Shown: piece after piece, positions 12,712-26,869 of the stretch
Layout: each line of letters starts with the position of its first letter
How positions within the stretch are numbered: the first letter of the stretch is position 1
From: Cenococcum geophilum
Taxonomy: Eukaryota
NCBI GenBank assembly: GCA_050273025.1
Contig: CP158635.1
Location: forward strand, 18,600,001 to 18,664,000
Direction of reading: 5' to 3'
DNA length: 64,000 nucleotides
Position numbers and translations under genes: made by a program
The notes under the pieces: model-generated
The model's database searches: none
Told to the model about the DNA's origin: nothing
The model's input: the letters and a program-made list of their open reading frames with translations, nothing else

Positions 12712-15700
12712 TAAGCTCGGACCCCCCGAACTCGTTTACCCCACCAAATTGGCCACACCACTTTGGAAGCTATTTACACTTAACGAAATCAAATCGATTA
12801 TTTACTCTTATATACTATTTAGTATATCGACCTCGGGCTTTCTATCTAGCGCATTTTAAAGCCTTAATTTTAGCTGCTTTACCCTTATTTTAGCCTTTTT
12901 TCCCTCTGCCTCCACTATAGCTTAGTGAATTAAATCTATATATTTTGGTATTATATTTAGATCTACCGTTATCCATTTATAAAATTTTAGACTTTTAAGG
13001 TCTTTGAGTTATAATTAAAAGCTATATATTTAAGCGTCTATATATATAGCCTTTATAATAACTCTCTAAAGTTGTTAACTTATTTTTTATAAAAGTGACC
13101 AAGTCTTTTAATTAAGTATATACTTATTGTAAAGGCCTTAAGCTACTTAATTATATTATAAGGCTTCTTTAGGGTCATTATAATATTAAATTACTTACTA
13201 TTAGCTTATTTAAAGCTTAATCCTATTATTAAAGCCCTATTTTTAACCTAAAAAGATTTATAGCCTTTTATAGATTTTATAAGTAAATACTAAAGATATA
13301 CTAGCTAAATTTAATTACTTTTGTTATAAGGCCTTCTTTTAGGTATTATAGTAATACTTAATAAAATAATACTTTATAATTAGACCTATATAATTAAGAT
13401 ATATATACTTTATAATTGACTAAAATATTTTAATTTAACAGAGGGGGAATAAAATAGATTTAAGGGTTATAATAAAAAATAAAGTAATAAAAAATAAGCT
13501 ATATATTATATAATTTATATTTTAATAAAAATCTAACTATATTATGGCCTATCTAGCTATTAATGAAATATAATTAAGCTTTATTACTAAATAATTTAGT
13601 TTTTAGTATAAAAAATAATAAAAAATAGCCTAAATATAATAGAATTTAATATTTAACTATGCTTTTACGTTATATGTATTTAATAAAGTATTGACATACT
13701 GCCCCTGAGGATTCCAGCTCCTATACAAACCAAAAGCAGCTACACGCGTGTGCTTCATAATTAGTAAGGCTATTAGCCTGTCCTTATGGTTATGGCAGGC
13801 AGTTAACCTAGATATTATAATTATAACAATCTAAACATATAGGGGACCGGTATAAATTATTAATGTGTATAACCCTAGGGTTAAAGGGGTCCTATAAACA
13901 GAGAATATTATATCGGTAATAAGCTTACTAGAAACTAAAGGTATAGAGTTTATTTTACTAGGAGATATAAACCTCTACCACCCGCGGTAGGGGGGTATCT
14001 ATATTGCTGCAGATTAATAGTTAGAGTGCCTACTAAGAGCTATAAATATCTGGGGCCTTAAGCTAGCTACCCTCTTAGGAGCAATTATATGGCAATAAGG
14101 CACCGCTAGAAGTATAATTAACCTTATATTTATAAACAAAGGCCTATACTAAAGACTTAAAAGGTGTAACCCTAAAGAAGAATAGGCACTTACCCTAGAC
14201 TATATCCCTATCCAAATATAGCTAGACCTAAATACTAAAGCGTAACTAAATAGAAAAAGATACGCAATAAGGAAGCTTAAGACAGACAGTTTCCTTAATG
14301 CAGTTAAACAACAACTTTAAGACCTAGAAGAAATCCACCTAATACTAAATAAGCGAGGCTTATTAGCCACCCCTAAGGAAATTAACTAAAGACTAGAAAG
14401 GATCTAGGCAGTAATTAAAAATGGGCTAGAAGAGTACTATCCAATCTTAAAACCGGGCCCCTATGCGTGATATATATGGTCTATATAATACGCAGTTTTA
14501 GTTACCAGCTAATGATAAGCAAGAAGGAAATATATAAGTAGCTATAACCCTAAAGACGAGAGACGATATAAAGATATAAGAAACCAGCTAAAGAATACCC
14601 TAAAAAAAGAAGTAAGGAATAACTGGAGACGGTTTATAAATGAGTATACTTTTAACCTAAGCCTCCCCTATAATAAGGGCCTTTGGGATATAGTAAAATA
14701 GGTAAAAAAAAAAAAAGGTAGGGCGCCTAGTAAAAAACCTATATTTACTACCCCTATAAAGAGTAGGAGAATTATAGGCTATAAATAATAATAATAAGAA
14801 GGCAAAGATCCTTATAGAAAGGTTCTTCTCCTAATTAGCTCTAGTAGACCTTAGTAATATTATAGGCGAAATACTAGTGACTTACCTATGGGTTAATAGC
14901 GATATAATAATAGAGGAAATAGTTAGAACTATTAGCCGCCTTTTAAATAATATAGCACTAAGACTAGATAGGATTCTAAATAAGGCCTTAAAAACCTATA
15001 GGCCACTTATAGCACCTTAGCTTATAGATATAGTTAGAGTATGCTTTACTATAGGCTACTACCTATAACTTAGAAGATCTATAACAACGGTTATCCTATA
15101 AAAAGAAGGTAAAGTAGATTACTTAATCCTAGGAAGCTACCGCCCTATTGCTTTAGAAAATACCCTTAATAAGATCTTAGAAAGGGTAATAGCGGAATAT
15201 ATAGTAGATATAGTAGAGGAATACGCCCTACTATTATAAAGCTAAATAGGGGCAAGAAAGAACCGCTTAATACTATTAGTACTTATACTACTTACTACTA
15301 CCATTAAATCTACATAGGCGATGCGAAAGGACTTTATAGTATTAATACTTAGCCTAGATATTAGTGGTGCCTATAATAATATACCCTATAAGTGTCTCCT
15401 ATATATCCTTAGGGTAAAGCTTTCTAGAATAGATTATATAATTTATTTAAGGGTTTATAGGCTAGAAAGAAATATTACTAGTCTTTAGCGGATACTAGAG
15501 CCCCCTTATTGTAGTTATAATAGGAATACTATAAGAATTACCCCTCTTGCCTATACTCTTCCTTTTCTTTATAAGCAACCTACTTAACTCCTTTAAGAAA
15601 GGGGCGACCTAGGGGATAGGCTTTATTAATAATATAAACCTAATTATATACGGGCTAATAGCTATAAAGAATTATAGAATACTAGAGAAAGCCTATAATA

Positions 15701-18061
15701 CTTATATAGAATAGGCAAAACGTTATAGAGTTTAATTCTTACTAGAGAAATACTAGCTAATCTATTTTATAAAAAAACGTAACTAATCTGCAGATCTTTA
15801 GTATATAATTCGCATCTAAGGCTTTAGGGGTTAACTAGTTTAGGGCCTAAGGGTATTAGGAGTATAGGTAGATAGTAAGCTCTAGTAGAGCGCATATATA
15901 GCATAAGCGGCCTATAAAGGCTAAGTATAGTTTATCGCTTTATCTAGGATTGTTAATTTTATATAGGGTCTATACTTTTAGAGGTCACGCCTATTATATA
16001 TAGTAGTTGTCCAGCTAACCATAATATATAGATCTAGTATTTAGGCCATTAGAGAAACTAAAAAGGGCCCCCTTAAATTACTCCTTAAACTACTTTAAAA
16101 GGTCTAGATAGCCTACCTCTAGAGTATTATAGGCGGGTATAAGTAAACGGCTATAGTACTGCTTAAGAAGGAATTTAATATTCCCCCCTTATAGTTATAT
16201 ATTAAAGCCACTGTAATATAAAGGACGTAAAATAAATATAACTCTAATATTATAAAGTATATTAAGACATGTCTAAGTAAACTATAGAGGGACCCTAGGG
16301 TGCCCTGTAGGAGAATAAACTAATAACCCTAAAGTAGGGAAAAGATATTAGAGAAACAGGTAAAGAAAGTAGAAGAAAAATAGTGCCGCTTTAGGGCCTA
16401 GGCCTATATAGAGGAGAAAGGGAGACGCGTAAGAGGTTAGTAAAGATAATAGTAAGATAGAAAAAGGAGCTAAAGTAAAATATATAAGAACGCTAGGAAA
16501 CCATTTACCGTAATATAATACTAGTTAGATTAACGCTAAAGAGGTAAATAGGAGTTAAAGGTATAGAGGCTAACTTAGGTAAGATAAACCTAAACTATAG
16601 TATAGTTAACGCTATAGGGGGTAAATACCTAAGGGCTCCGAGAAGGCCTAATAAAGGTAGAAAATATAATAGCAACACTCTTAAAAATAGGAATAATAGG
16701 ACTAAAAGATTGGCTTTATTAGGTAAGTATTCTAGTAGGTAGCCTAAGATGCGAATATAGCTGGCTAAAATAGATACTAAAACACGTAATACTGCTATGC
16801 CCCCTATATACCAATTAAAAAATAATACTCTTAGTAGCTAGTATAGAGAACTATAATATACTACTCTTAATATAAAAAGGCCTTAAGGCGGTTACCTAGT
16901 GGCTTATTAGTTAAAATATGCTAAATTAGTTCTGGGTTATAAGAGAAATAGTAATAGAAGGCAAGGGGGTAAGTAGTAGGTGCCCCCTAGTAACTCTACA
17001 GTAGTAGAGTAATAGTTTGTAATACTAGCGCGTCCGTAGGCTTGTTATGGCAGCAGTAGTTCCTAAAAAGGTTAAATAATAAGGTAGTAGAGCACTATAG
17101 GCGACTTGTAGGCGCTAAGTAGGCGAGTCCTAAAAGGCGGGGAGATAGATTATGGGGTTTTCTTATTTTTTTTAAATAGAGTTTTCTCCCTATATGTAAA
17201 TAAGGAGTAGTCCGCGTGGGCCCAATAGGGATCCAAATCGGACGTTAAGCAATGAATTATTATTATTATTTAATAAAGTATTTTACTTTAGTATACTTAT
17301 ATTAATTAGGGGTATATTCCTTTAAAATAAATTATTTAGCTAAGGGTAAATATTTTCTTTATAATAAATACCTATTTATAATTATTAAATAACTTTATAA
17401 ATAACTTTTTTTAAAGATATATCCTATAGTAATTAAATTTATATATATGCTTAATATAACTCTAAATTTGTCTAAATTTGAGGTGTTTTTTTGCCTATAT
17501 ATTAACCTTTTTTACACCCCTTTATAAAGGCTATAAAACTTTTAAATTTACTTTAGTTATACCCTATTAATATATATACCTTCTATTAATTAGATATATA
17601 TAGATTTTATAAAAAGATTTTATTTAAAGTAGCTAATTACCTATATTTTACTAAGGGGCTTAATATTACAACCCTAACCAAAGACCTAAGCTATTATTTT
17701 TTTCATAATTACGTATATAATAGGAATATTTTTTATAAATCCTATTTAAGTACCCAATTAGTAAGGAAGGCCTACTATATAGGAGTTAATTGCTATTCGC
17801 ATTGGTATATACATTGTTATAGTAGCCTGCCATTTAATTGGTCGCTTAAAATTGATAAAGGAATACCGTATACAAGTATAGCTTTTCGCGCATACTTATA
17901 AACACCAGATTTGAGGTCTATGATGGCCATTTATAAGTTCTGCTTATTTTTGTCCATATTAATCGATTCGTTATGGAGAAAATAGGTTAACAAATTGGTA
18001 GTTTGATTTTGGTTAGGTCGCCAAGTTCGGGGGGTCGCCGAGTTCGGGGGGCCCGAGCTTA
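12712..18061 (-). mobile_element. Fot1/Pogo-type DNA transposon (~1.76 kb without the LINE), heavily RIPped
   Basis: TIR TAAGCTCGG(A/G)CCCCCCGAACTCG with TA TSD (12710-11, 18062-63). The transposase starts at ATG 17957 (-) with HTH-psq-like MDKNKQNL.MAIIDLKSGVYKYARKAILVYGIPLSILSDQLNG. Confidence 0.88.
13693..17266 (+). mobile_element. Tad1-like LINE, 5'-truncated copy 1 (ORF2: APE endonuclease, RT, C-terminal zinc knuckle)
   Basis: ~16-bp TSD TATTTAATAAAGTATT (13677-13692, 17267-17282); LLGDINLYHP, YRPIALENTLNKILE, SLDISGAY; 3' (ATT)n tail; near-identical to the reverse copy at 20676-30620. Confidence 0.92.
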
Positions 18062-19137
18062 TAGTTAAATGACGCCTATAGCTTATATGCTTTTTTATCG
18101 TTTTTATATACTCTTTAGTTGTTTTAGGTGTCTATAGTCTTTAAGTAGTCTATAATAGCTAGTATGGCCTAGTAGAGTATTAATAGCTAGCTAAGGCCTT
18201 TTTCCTTCTACTATAGATAGGCTTCGACCTTCTGCGTAAAGGGTAGATAGGCCTTATACTAGAAGACCGGGTAGTTCTATATAGGGCTACTTAGAAACAT
18301 TTTACGAAGAACTACTAAGTCTTATAAAATAACCTCCCAGAGGTAGAATAGGAGGTTTATAGCGCCTATAGCTATAAGGTTATTAATCTAGCTAACCTAA
18401 GGGCTAAACTAACCCTTTTAAATATTTAGCTCTAGCTAGATTATTAACAGTAGTACGTTAGGGGGGGGGCGACGCTTGCCTTACGAATCTTAAAGCAGCC
18501 TATCTGCTGTGTATAGCCGGCTATCGTCTGTATAAACTCCCATAGTAGTAAGTTTAAATAATAGCTAATTATCTATTCCTAGTTTTACCTACTAGCGCGT
18601 CTAATCTAGTCCTTACTAACCCCTTTTAGCTCTACCGTCTTAGTGCTAGCGCCCCGTCTAATATAGGTCTTCTTCTATAAGAAGATACTAACGTATTAGA
18701 ATGCCTTAGTAACCCACTTCCGCTATAAGTCATATAAAAAGGCCGCCTTACGGTCCCTAGCGCTGCTCTTAATTAGGTGGATATTATACTACGTTAACTA
18801 TTTACTAAAGTTTAGGAACGGCTTATTGCTAAGGCCCTAGCGGTATAAGAGGTAGAAAGCTAGCCCGCTAAGTATATAGATAAGCGGCTTCTTATTATAT
18901 AGAGCCCTAATAGTTTTAAGGCCATTATGCTAGTTCTACTTACTAGCGCGTATAGGGCCTTTGCCTTTAAACTTAAAGGTAAATAGGTCTAAGATTTTAG
19001 CGGAGCGCTTATTGCCGCCGCGGGTAAGTATATAGTGGCCTAGTAGGATATCTATAAGTATGCGGAGGTAGTATTTTAGCGAGGAGTCTCCGCGGGCCTA
19101 TAGCTAGCGGTAAATATTCTTAAACTCATCCTCTATA

Positions 19138-19390
19138 TATTATAGCGCTAGTAAAAACTAGTGGAAACTGGTAGAAACTAGTAGATTATTGCGGATAGTT
19201 ATAGACAGTTTTATATAGTTTTAGATAATTACCGTTATGTAACTAGAGGATTATATATAACGTTAAGCGAAGCTACCCTCTATCTCCTTTTCTTTCTCTA
19301 ACTTTAGATCCTTATTTATAGACTACCAATTATATAGGCTTGCGCGTCCCTCTTACTATGCTTATGCCTTAATTAACTAAGTTACTAATA
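19138..19390 (+). repeat. 5' LTR of element F
   Basis: RIPped TG..CA ends (TATTAT...CTAATA); 3' half matches the reverse complement of 42156-42290. Confidence 0.8.
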
Positions 19391-20978
19391 TTATCTAAAG
19401 CTTATCTACTCTTTTTCCTAAGAAGGAACTTAAATATATTTATAGGACTATAAATAAGAATAAAACATGGAAGTAGACCTAAAGACTATTACTAGAACTT
19501 AAAGAATAGAAAAGAATAATAAGACCTATAGAATAAGCATAGACTACAACCCCTGTAGAACCCTATTAGAAGTTACCCTAATAACTATACTACTATACTA
19601 AGAAATACAGTAGCTGGCAAAGCAGCTATAGGACCCTTAAATACCTCTAATAGTGAAATAGTAACTGACTTAAACTCCTAGGAGGAGCTTATAGCAGCTA
19701 ATACCGAAATTAAACGACTTTAAAAGCTACTTAAAGCTAGAGAACCCCCTATACCTAGTAAAGAGTTATTAGACACCTAGAGACTTGCTATAGTCCTTAA
19801 AACCCTAGCCCAATATATAGTATTAGCGTTATTACGGTCCGTAAAGGTCGTGGATCCCCTATTACTTATAGATAAAACTAACCCTATATTTAATAATTGG
19901 AAGCTTTAATTATAAGATAAGCTTAAAATTAATATAGACTACTTCCCTACTACTTAGGCTAAAATAGCTTACGTCTTTAGCTATACTAGTAGGGATATAT
20001 AGATATACCTACGTCCGCGATACGTATAGAACTTAGTAGATCCCTTCCTCTCTAAAGAAAAGATAATTGTTTACTTATCTTCTATCTATAAGGACCCCTT
20101 TAAAGTATAAAACGCCTAACTTGATTATAAAAGCCTAAATATAAAAACTATAGAGATCTTCTTAGCTTTTTAGACCCGCTTTCTACACCTAGCTAGCTAG
20201 GCTCGAATTCCCTAAGAAGATTTAATACTAGACCTATTTAATAAGCTTACCCTAGACCTATAGCGAGCCGTACTATTAGTTTTTGCTACTATATAGACGC
20301 TAAAGAAACTTATAGATTAGTGCTTAGCTATTAACTAAGGCCTTTATTAAATTAAGGTACGCGCTAAACGGTATAAGGCTAGAAACCCTTTAAATTAGAC
20401 TATAAGCAATATAAAAACGGCCCGTAATATCCTAGTATAATTAGCAACCCCTGTAGCACTACCTATATAGCCCGCCGCTAATTTAGTAGCTAGCTATACG
20501 GCTAGTCCTACTATAGGTCTAGCGAATGCTCGGCCTATATATAGCAACCCCTATATATAGGCCCTTAGTAATTAAGGAGCTTACTTCTCTTATAGTTAAA
20601 AAGGCTACTATATAAAAAATTGCCTAATAAACGTAAAAGTGGACAAGGTCCTATTAATCTAGAAGGATAATATAATAATAATTCATTGCTAAACGTCCAA
20701 TTTGGATCCCTATTGGGCCTATATGGACTACTCCTTATTTATATATAGGGAGAAAACTCTATTTAAGAAAAATGAGAAAACCCCGTAATCCATCTCCCCG
20801 CCTTTTAGGACTCGCCTACTTAGCGCCTATAAGTTGCCTATAGTGCTCTACTACCTTACTATTTAACCTCTTTAGGAACTACTGCTGCCGTAATAAGCTT
20901 ACGGACGCGCTAGTATTATAAACTATTACTCTACTACTATAAAGTTACTAGGGGGCACCTACTACTCGCCCCCTTACC

Positions 20979-23900
20979 TATTACGGAGTGAGCACAAACG
21001 GTAATAATATATAGCGAAGTAGGTATTATTAAGCTATGTACATAAACTGCGTGATGAAGTTAAGACGTTGCGTAAGGAAAGAAGGTAGGAAAACGGGAAG
21101 AAAGGGCATATATCGTTGGCTTAGTTGCTTAATTAACACGTACATAGGCAGAATAGGGTTCAAGTTATAGTCCTGGCAGAACTTGGCAGAATTTGGTGGA
21201 ACTTAGCAGAATATAGCAGAATGCCGTAGATTGCCATTAGATTGCCATCAGATTGCCATTAAATTGCCATTTTACGGTTAGTCTCTAATTGCTAAGTTAG
21301 TAGAAATAGGTAGACGTATATAAGGTATTACGGGGATATCCTATAACAGTACCCCCCCTTTAAACTCAAGCTTCTGCAAGATGGGGCTATAGTAGTTCTG
21401 GGTAAAGTTTGTAAAAGTCTTCTGCGGCTTATATAAGTCCTATAGAGTTAATAGGTTCCCATAAGGACTTAGTAAAGCCTCTCTATTTTGTAAGATATAT
21501 ATATTAGCGTTTCCGTTTATTATACTTAATATTATTAATTCTTTTAACAAAGTACTCGTTCTTACTATCCACTTTAACTAGTAGGGGAGGGTCTTATATC
21601 TGTCTAGGCAGGGCGTTTAATACGGGGGTAGTAGGGTAAAGGACTAACATATAGAATACGGGGTGGATTTTAACCGTATTAGGGAGCTTTAGTTAGTAGG
21701 TATAAGGAAAGATAACCTTTTTAACCTTATAAGGGCCAGCGTTCTTCCAATTAAGTTTCTTAGTAGGTCGTTTTATATTTAGATTTCTTATATCTAGCCA
21801 GACGAAATCGCCAATTTAGTAGGCTGGTGCTAGGGTTTATTTCTTATTCGCTGCGGCTTTATAGACAGATTAAGCCCATATTATCTTATTAGTAAGGAAC
21901 TGTTATAGTTCCTCTATCTTCTCTACAAATTTATTTACTTCTACGACTTATAAGGCGTAATAAGTAGGGTAAGGAACATTACTAAAGGGTTTAAAACCCA
22001 TTTATAGGTGCTAGCCGTAATTAGCTAGGAATGGGGAGACTTTTATAGTTTCCGAGACGGAATTATTTGTAGTAAACTTAGTAAATACGAGCCAGTTGAT
22101 CTAGTCATCCTATAAATATAATATGTATATCCGAATATACTATTCTATTATAGCATTTACGCGTTCTATTTGGCCATCCGTTTCTAGGTAATACGTGGTA
22201 AATAATAGTGCTTTAATACGGAGTCGAGTAGTTAGTTCCTTCTAGAATGCTAAGATAAACTAGCTACCTCTATTGGAGATAATCGTTTTAGGGAGTCTGT
22301 GGAGTTTCTATATATAATCTAGGAATAGTTAGGCGATGGCAGGCGTTAATATATTAGGGTAGGCGATTAAGTGTCTTATTTTAGATAGTTGGTCTATAAC
22401 TACTATAATGTTTATACAGCCTTTACTCTTAGGAAGGTTAATAATAAAGTTAATTAAGATATCCTTCCATCTTTAGTTTGGAACGGGCAGCGGCTTTAAA
22501 AGACCGTTATACGTCTTATACGAGGCTTTAGCTTATCGGTAGGTGTAGCAGCTAGAGACGTACCTTTATATTATATTATATATATTCGGCTAATAATACT
22601 CCCGTTAGAGTAGTTCTAGGGTCTTTCCTTAGCCTAGGTGGTTGGCAATAGGTAGATTATATACGTGTTTAAGGAGTTTAAGCTTAAGCTTATTATAATT
22701 AGGGATAACTAGACGGTTCCGGTAATATAAGCGATTTTTGTAGGCTTTATATTTACTTAAAGAAATCTTTTTAGAGCGTCTAATGCCATCTTATATTAGC
22801 TTAAGCGTCTCTTAGATAAACTTGTTATTTAGGTATTTATTAACTATAATCTATTTAATTAATCAATTAGTTATTTTAAGGACGTGTACCGTAAGATCTT
22901 TAGTAGGAGGGTTAAATAGTTTAGGGCAAAGTAGGGTCTAATTTCGGTAAGAGCGCGCTTCTTCTAGGGCTAGCACGTCTTGCGAGCGTTAGGTTAGGGT
23001 ATTAGGCTTCTAACCTTAGACGCCTAGGTAGTACGTAATTAAGAATCGGAAACAAGATAGATATTCTAACTAGCGGGCCTAACAATAACTTAGCTGTTTT
23101 ATGGTTGTAAAGTACTATAGGTTCTTATAGTTGCTAAGGACCTTAATTAGAAATCCAGCGCCTTCTAGTTTGGGTCGCTATTATTTAAAATACCTAATAA
23201 TAGCTAACAATTCCTTATCGTAGATCTCGTAGTTATATTTAGCTGGGCTTAGTTATTTTAAAAAGTATGCTACAGGGTGCAATACTCTATCCTTATTATA
23301 CTAAAATAGGATGCCTCTAGTAACGTAGTTAGATAAGTCGGCTTCTATAACACTTATTTAGTTTAGGTTAAAGTATTAGAGTACGGGCGCAGTAGTAAAT
23401 ATAACCTTTAGATAGGCAAAAGCCTTCTTATATTCCTTATTAAAGATAAAGACTTTATTCTTTTAGGTTAAAGCTATAAGGGGTAAAACTAGGGTAGAGA
23501 AGTTATTAATAAACCGTTAGTAGAAATTAGTAAATCCTATAAAGGCTCTTACATCCTTAACGTTCTCGGGTTCTTACTAGTTTATAATTACTTTAACTTT
23601 CTTTAGGTCTATTTATATACCGTTTATAGAAATAAGGAGTTTAAGGTATAGGACTTTTGTTTTATAGAATTTATATTTATCTATATCTAATTATAGACTA
23701 GCTCCGTGTAGGGCTTATAGGACAAGGTTAACGTGTTTCCAATATTTAGTCAGGTTATTACTATATATTAGGATGTCGTTAATATAAGCAGTATAGAAGA
23801 TATCTAGGTAGGGGCGTAGGGTATTATTTATATAATGTTAAAATAAGCTCAGGGTGTTTATAAGGCTAAAGGGTGTTACTAAGTACTTAAATAGTCCATA

Positions 23901-26869
23901 TCGGGTATAAAATACAGTAAGCCATTCGTTCCCTTTTATAATGCGAAGACGGTTAAATATAGAGATAATATTAAGCTTCGTGTAGTAACAAGCCTTACTT
24001 AGTTGGTTTAGTGTCTCCTATATTAACGGGATTAGATATCGGTTCTTAATAGTAACGGCGTTAAAAGCTTAGTAGTTTATATAGAAGCACAAACCGCCGC
24101 CGGGTTTCTTAACGAAGATTACTAGTGCGGCTATAGGCGATAAGCTTACTCTAATAAATCCTTTACTTAGGTTCTTATCTAAATACTTTTATAGTACTTA
24201 GAGTTTGTTTTAGGATATCCCGTATAAGGGTCCAAATCTAGGCTACTTTCTTTCTTTAAGTATAATCTTATAGTTATATGATTAGTGTTCCGGTAGCTTA
24301 TCGGCTTCCTTTTATAAGAATGCCTCTAGGCGGTTATAGTACTCTACTAGTACCTTTATAGCAGGGTTGGTATACTTCTTTAGTGCTAAGGCCTTCTTAA
24401 TATTAGCTATAGTGATAGCAAAGATTGTATATTTAGGTTTCTTAGCAAGTTACGCTAATAGAGTAGCTCTAATTATGCGGATATTTAGGGTACTGAGCTT
24501 ATTCGGCTTGTCCGTAGTTTCTTATTTAGGTTTAAGTTTAGTATTAGGTACGGAGTTAGTATTAGATTTAAGTTTAGGTTCTTTAAGTATTCTTTTTATT
24601 ATAGGATACTAGTCCTTCTAGTAGTTTTATATACTAAGTTTAAGTTTTTATTTAGTTTGGGGCGGTATAGTGCTTGGTAATAACTTATGGAGCTTAGTAG
24701 AATTTTCGGATCCTTGGTGGGTGTCAGTGGAATTCTTATATTAGTAGAATTTAGTGGAAATCTTATGTTGGTGGAATCTGGTAAATTCTTTAGATTTCGG
24801 TTCTAGGTCTAAGTAGTAAGTTATAAAGCACTTCTGCTTATAATAGGAGGTGGTAAATAGAAGCTTAAGGTTATCTTAATTAATAGTCACCTTATATAGC
24901 TTTATTTAGGGTTATTTAAGGATTACTAAGTGACCCAAAGTGGTAACGAAAAGCTTAATTAGTTCTTTATAGTTTAGGTATTAGAGTTTTAGGGTTACTA
25001 TATAGGTGATATAGCCTAAGACGGTGCGTTTGCTATTAAATCTAAATACGTTAATATGCCAGTTAAGGGGGGTTAGGGTAAAACTATTATCTTACATAAA
25101 GATCTTGTTAATAAATCCTATGCCGCTAGCTCCTGTGTTAATTAGGATTTAAGCGTTAGCCTATTAACTATTCTGCCGAAGATAACAGTTAATGGTTATA
25201 CTATAGTCCCAAGAGTTGGAGTTTATAACGTTAAATGCGTTTAACGAGATCCTGTGGCAGAGCCGTCCTAGAGAGCGACTTAGCTTTAGGACCTTCCTTT
25301 TGGAGGCGATCGGGGTGGGGTTCTTATAGGACGTTAGCTGTAGCTTCGTCCTTATAAATAGTGCTTGCTAGACGTAGGGGTAAAACCAGATAAAGATCGG
25401 GGACGGTAACTAGAAGATTAATGTGGTAAACGGCTGCTAGTGCTAGCCGTTTATAAATCGTTTTAGGGTATAGGGACGGAGTAGTGGTTTAAGAGGTGGG
25501 AGCTACTTCTATATTTAAAGCAGAGGCCTAGCTTAATGCGTTATTCTTATTTAGAGGACCCTAATAGGGCGTATCCTAGGGTTTTAGTGTTAATATCTAT
25601 GGCGTTGGGGTGCTTAGGTTAAGATAATGACTTAGTAAATATTTGCGGGGTTATTGTATTGTACCGATAAACGGGCTTCAGTATAAGGCGTAGTATATCA
25701 TTATACTGTTTGTTAATAACGTTTGCGTAGGCGTTAAGAGTTTCTAGGAGGTCTACGCCTATTAGGGAGGTTTTTAGTTTAGGGCTTAAGGACTTAATAA
25801 GGCTGTTAATTAGTGCGGAGTTATTCTAGCCTGTTTTCTTTATATAGCGGTTAAATTTAGAGAAGTATATTAGGAAACTTTTCTTTTCTTAAGTTATTTG
25901 GTTTATCTTTCTTTAAGTAGTGGCTTAGCGGTTTAGGTTACCGTATATAGCTTTAAGAAGTATAACTAGGCTTTATACTAAGTTTGGTTAGAGAGGTTTA
26001 ATAAGGTTAGCTACGTCTCCTCCTAGTTAACTTAGGGCGTAATAGAGTTAGTTAGCTTTGGTTGGGTAGCGGTTAGTATTACTAGTTAGCTTATTCTTAA
26101 GCCGGCTTAAGAATAATTAAAGCTTTTATTGTTTACCGGTGAATACTAGGGGGTCTAGTAGTTTCTTGGATCGTTTTAGTATAGTAGTTAGTTCTATGGG
26201 ATAAGTAACTACTACTAATTTAGGGCTTGCGTTCCGCGTATTTATCTCTAGAGATAGTATTTAGTCTTAGGGCCTTAATGTAGGCATCTTAAGGATGCGG
26301 ACTTTTTCTTAAAGTGCTTTAATTAATTATTGTTATCGTGCTTCTTATTTAGCTTGCTATTAAGTTAAAGTGGCTTAGTGCTATATAAGGGCGTTTATAA
26401 AGGACTTCTATATACCTACTAATTGTTTTTAAAGTGTAGCTATAATAGCGTTGGCTGTTATGGGGGCTTTAGGGTCGTTCTGCATTTTTGGAGGGTAGTA
26501 TAGGTTTTTAACGCAACGTAGTATTACGGAGTAAGTATAAGCGGTAATAATATATAGCGAAGTAGGTATTATTAAGCTATGTATATAAACTGTGTAATAA
26601 AGTTAAGACGTTATATAAGGAAAGAAGGTAGGAAAACGGGAAGAAAGGGCATATATTGTTGGCTTGGTTGCTTAGTTAATACGTGCATAGGTAGAATAGG
26701 GTTTAGGTTATAGTCCTGGCAGAACTTGGTAAAATTTAGTAAAACTTAGCAGAATATAGCAGAATGCTATAGATTGCCGTTAGATTGCCATTTCGCGGTT
26801 AGTCTCTAATTGCTAAGTTGGTGGAAACAGGTGGACGTGTGCAAGGTATTATAGGGGTGTCCCGTAACA
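20979..26869 (-). mobile_element. Full-length Gypsy/chromovirus LTR retrotransposon G (5.9 kb), RIPped
   Basis: LTRs 20979-21348 and 26522-26869; 5-bp TSD TTACC; PPT next to 21349; gag ATG ~26485; domain order protease (LINTGASG)-RT (KNRYLIP, YINDIL)-RNaseH-integrase (TDGQIER)-chromodomain. Confidence 0.93.

Larger units (their letters stand above)
11640..19137 (-). mobile_element. Crypton copy 2 (different subfamily), 3' part; interrupted by a Fot1/Pogo element and cut at 19138 by Gypsy F
   Basis: Minus-strand de-RIPped motifs RGGNKRSAEISDLFTFEFEGEGP, GKQNQH, KKTHIGRGAG.KTAELKGVSEDQIRRAGRWNQEQM..CYLNSLP (18064-19137), and GCR1_C-like YHMCR..KSVRALWREW..GLGGNPSIAALDSKWG (~12110-12440). Left boundary approximate. 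Confidence 0.82.

Noticed and set aside
7640..19137. Starship captain (DUF3435) tyrosine recombinase
   Set aside because: Motifs and the C-terminal GCR1_C-like domain fit Crypton-type YRs; elements are only a few kb with no cargo genes.
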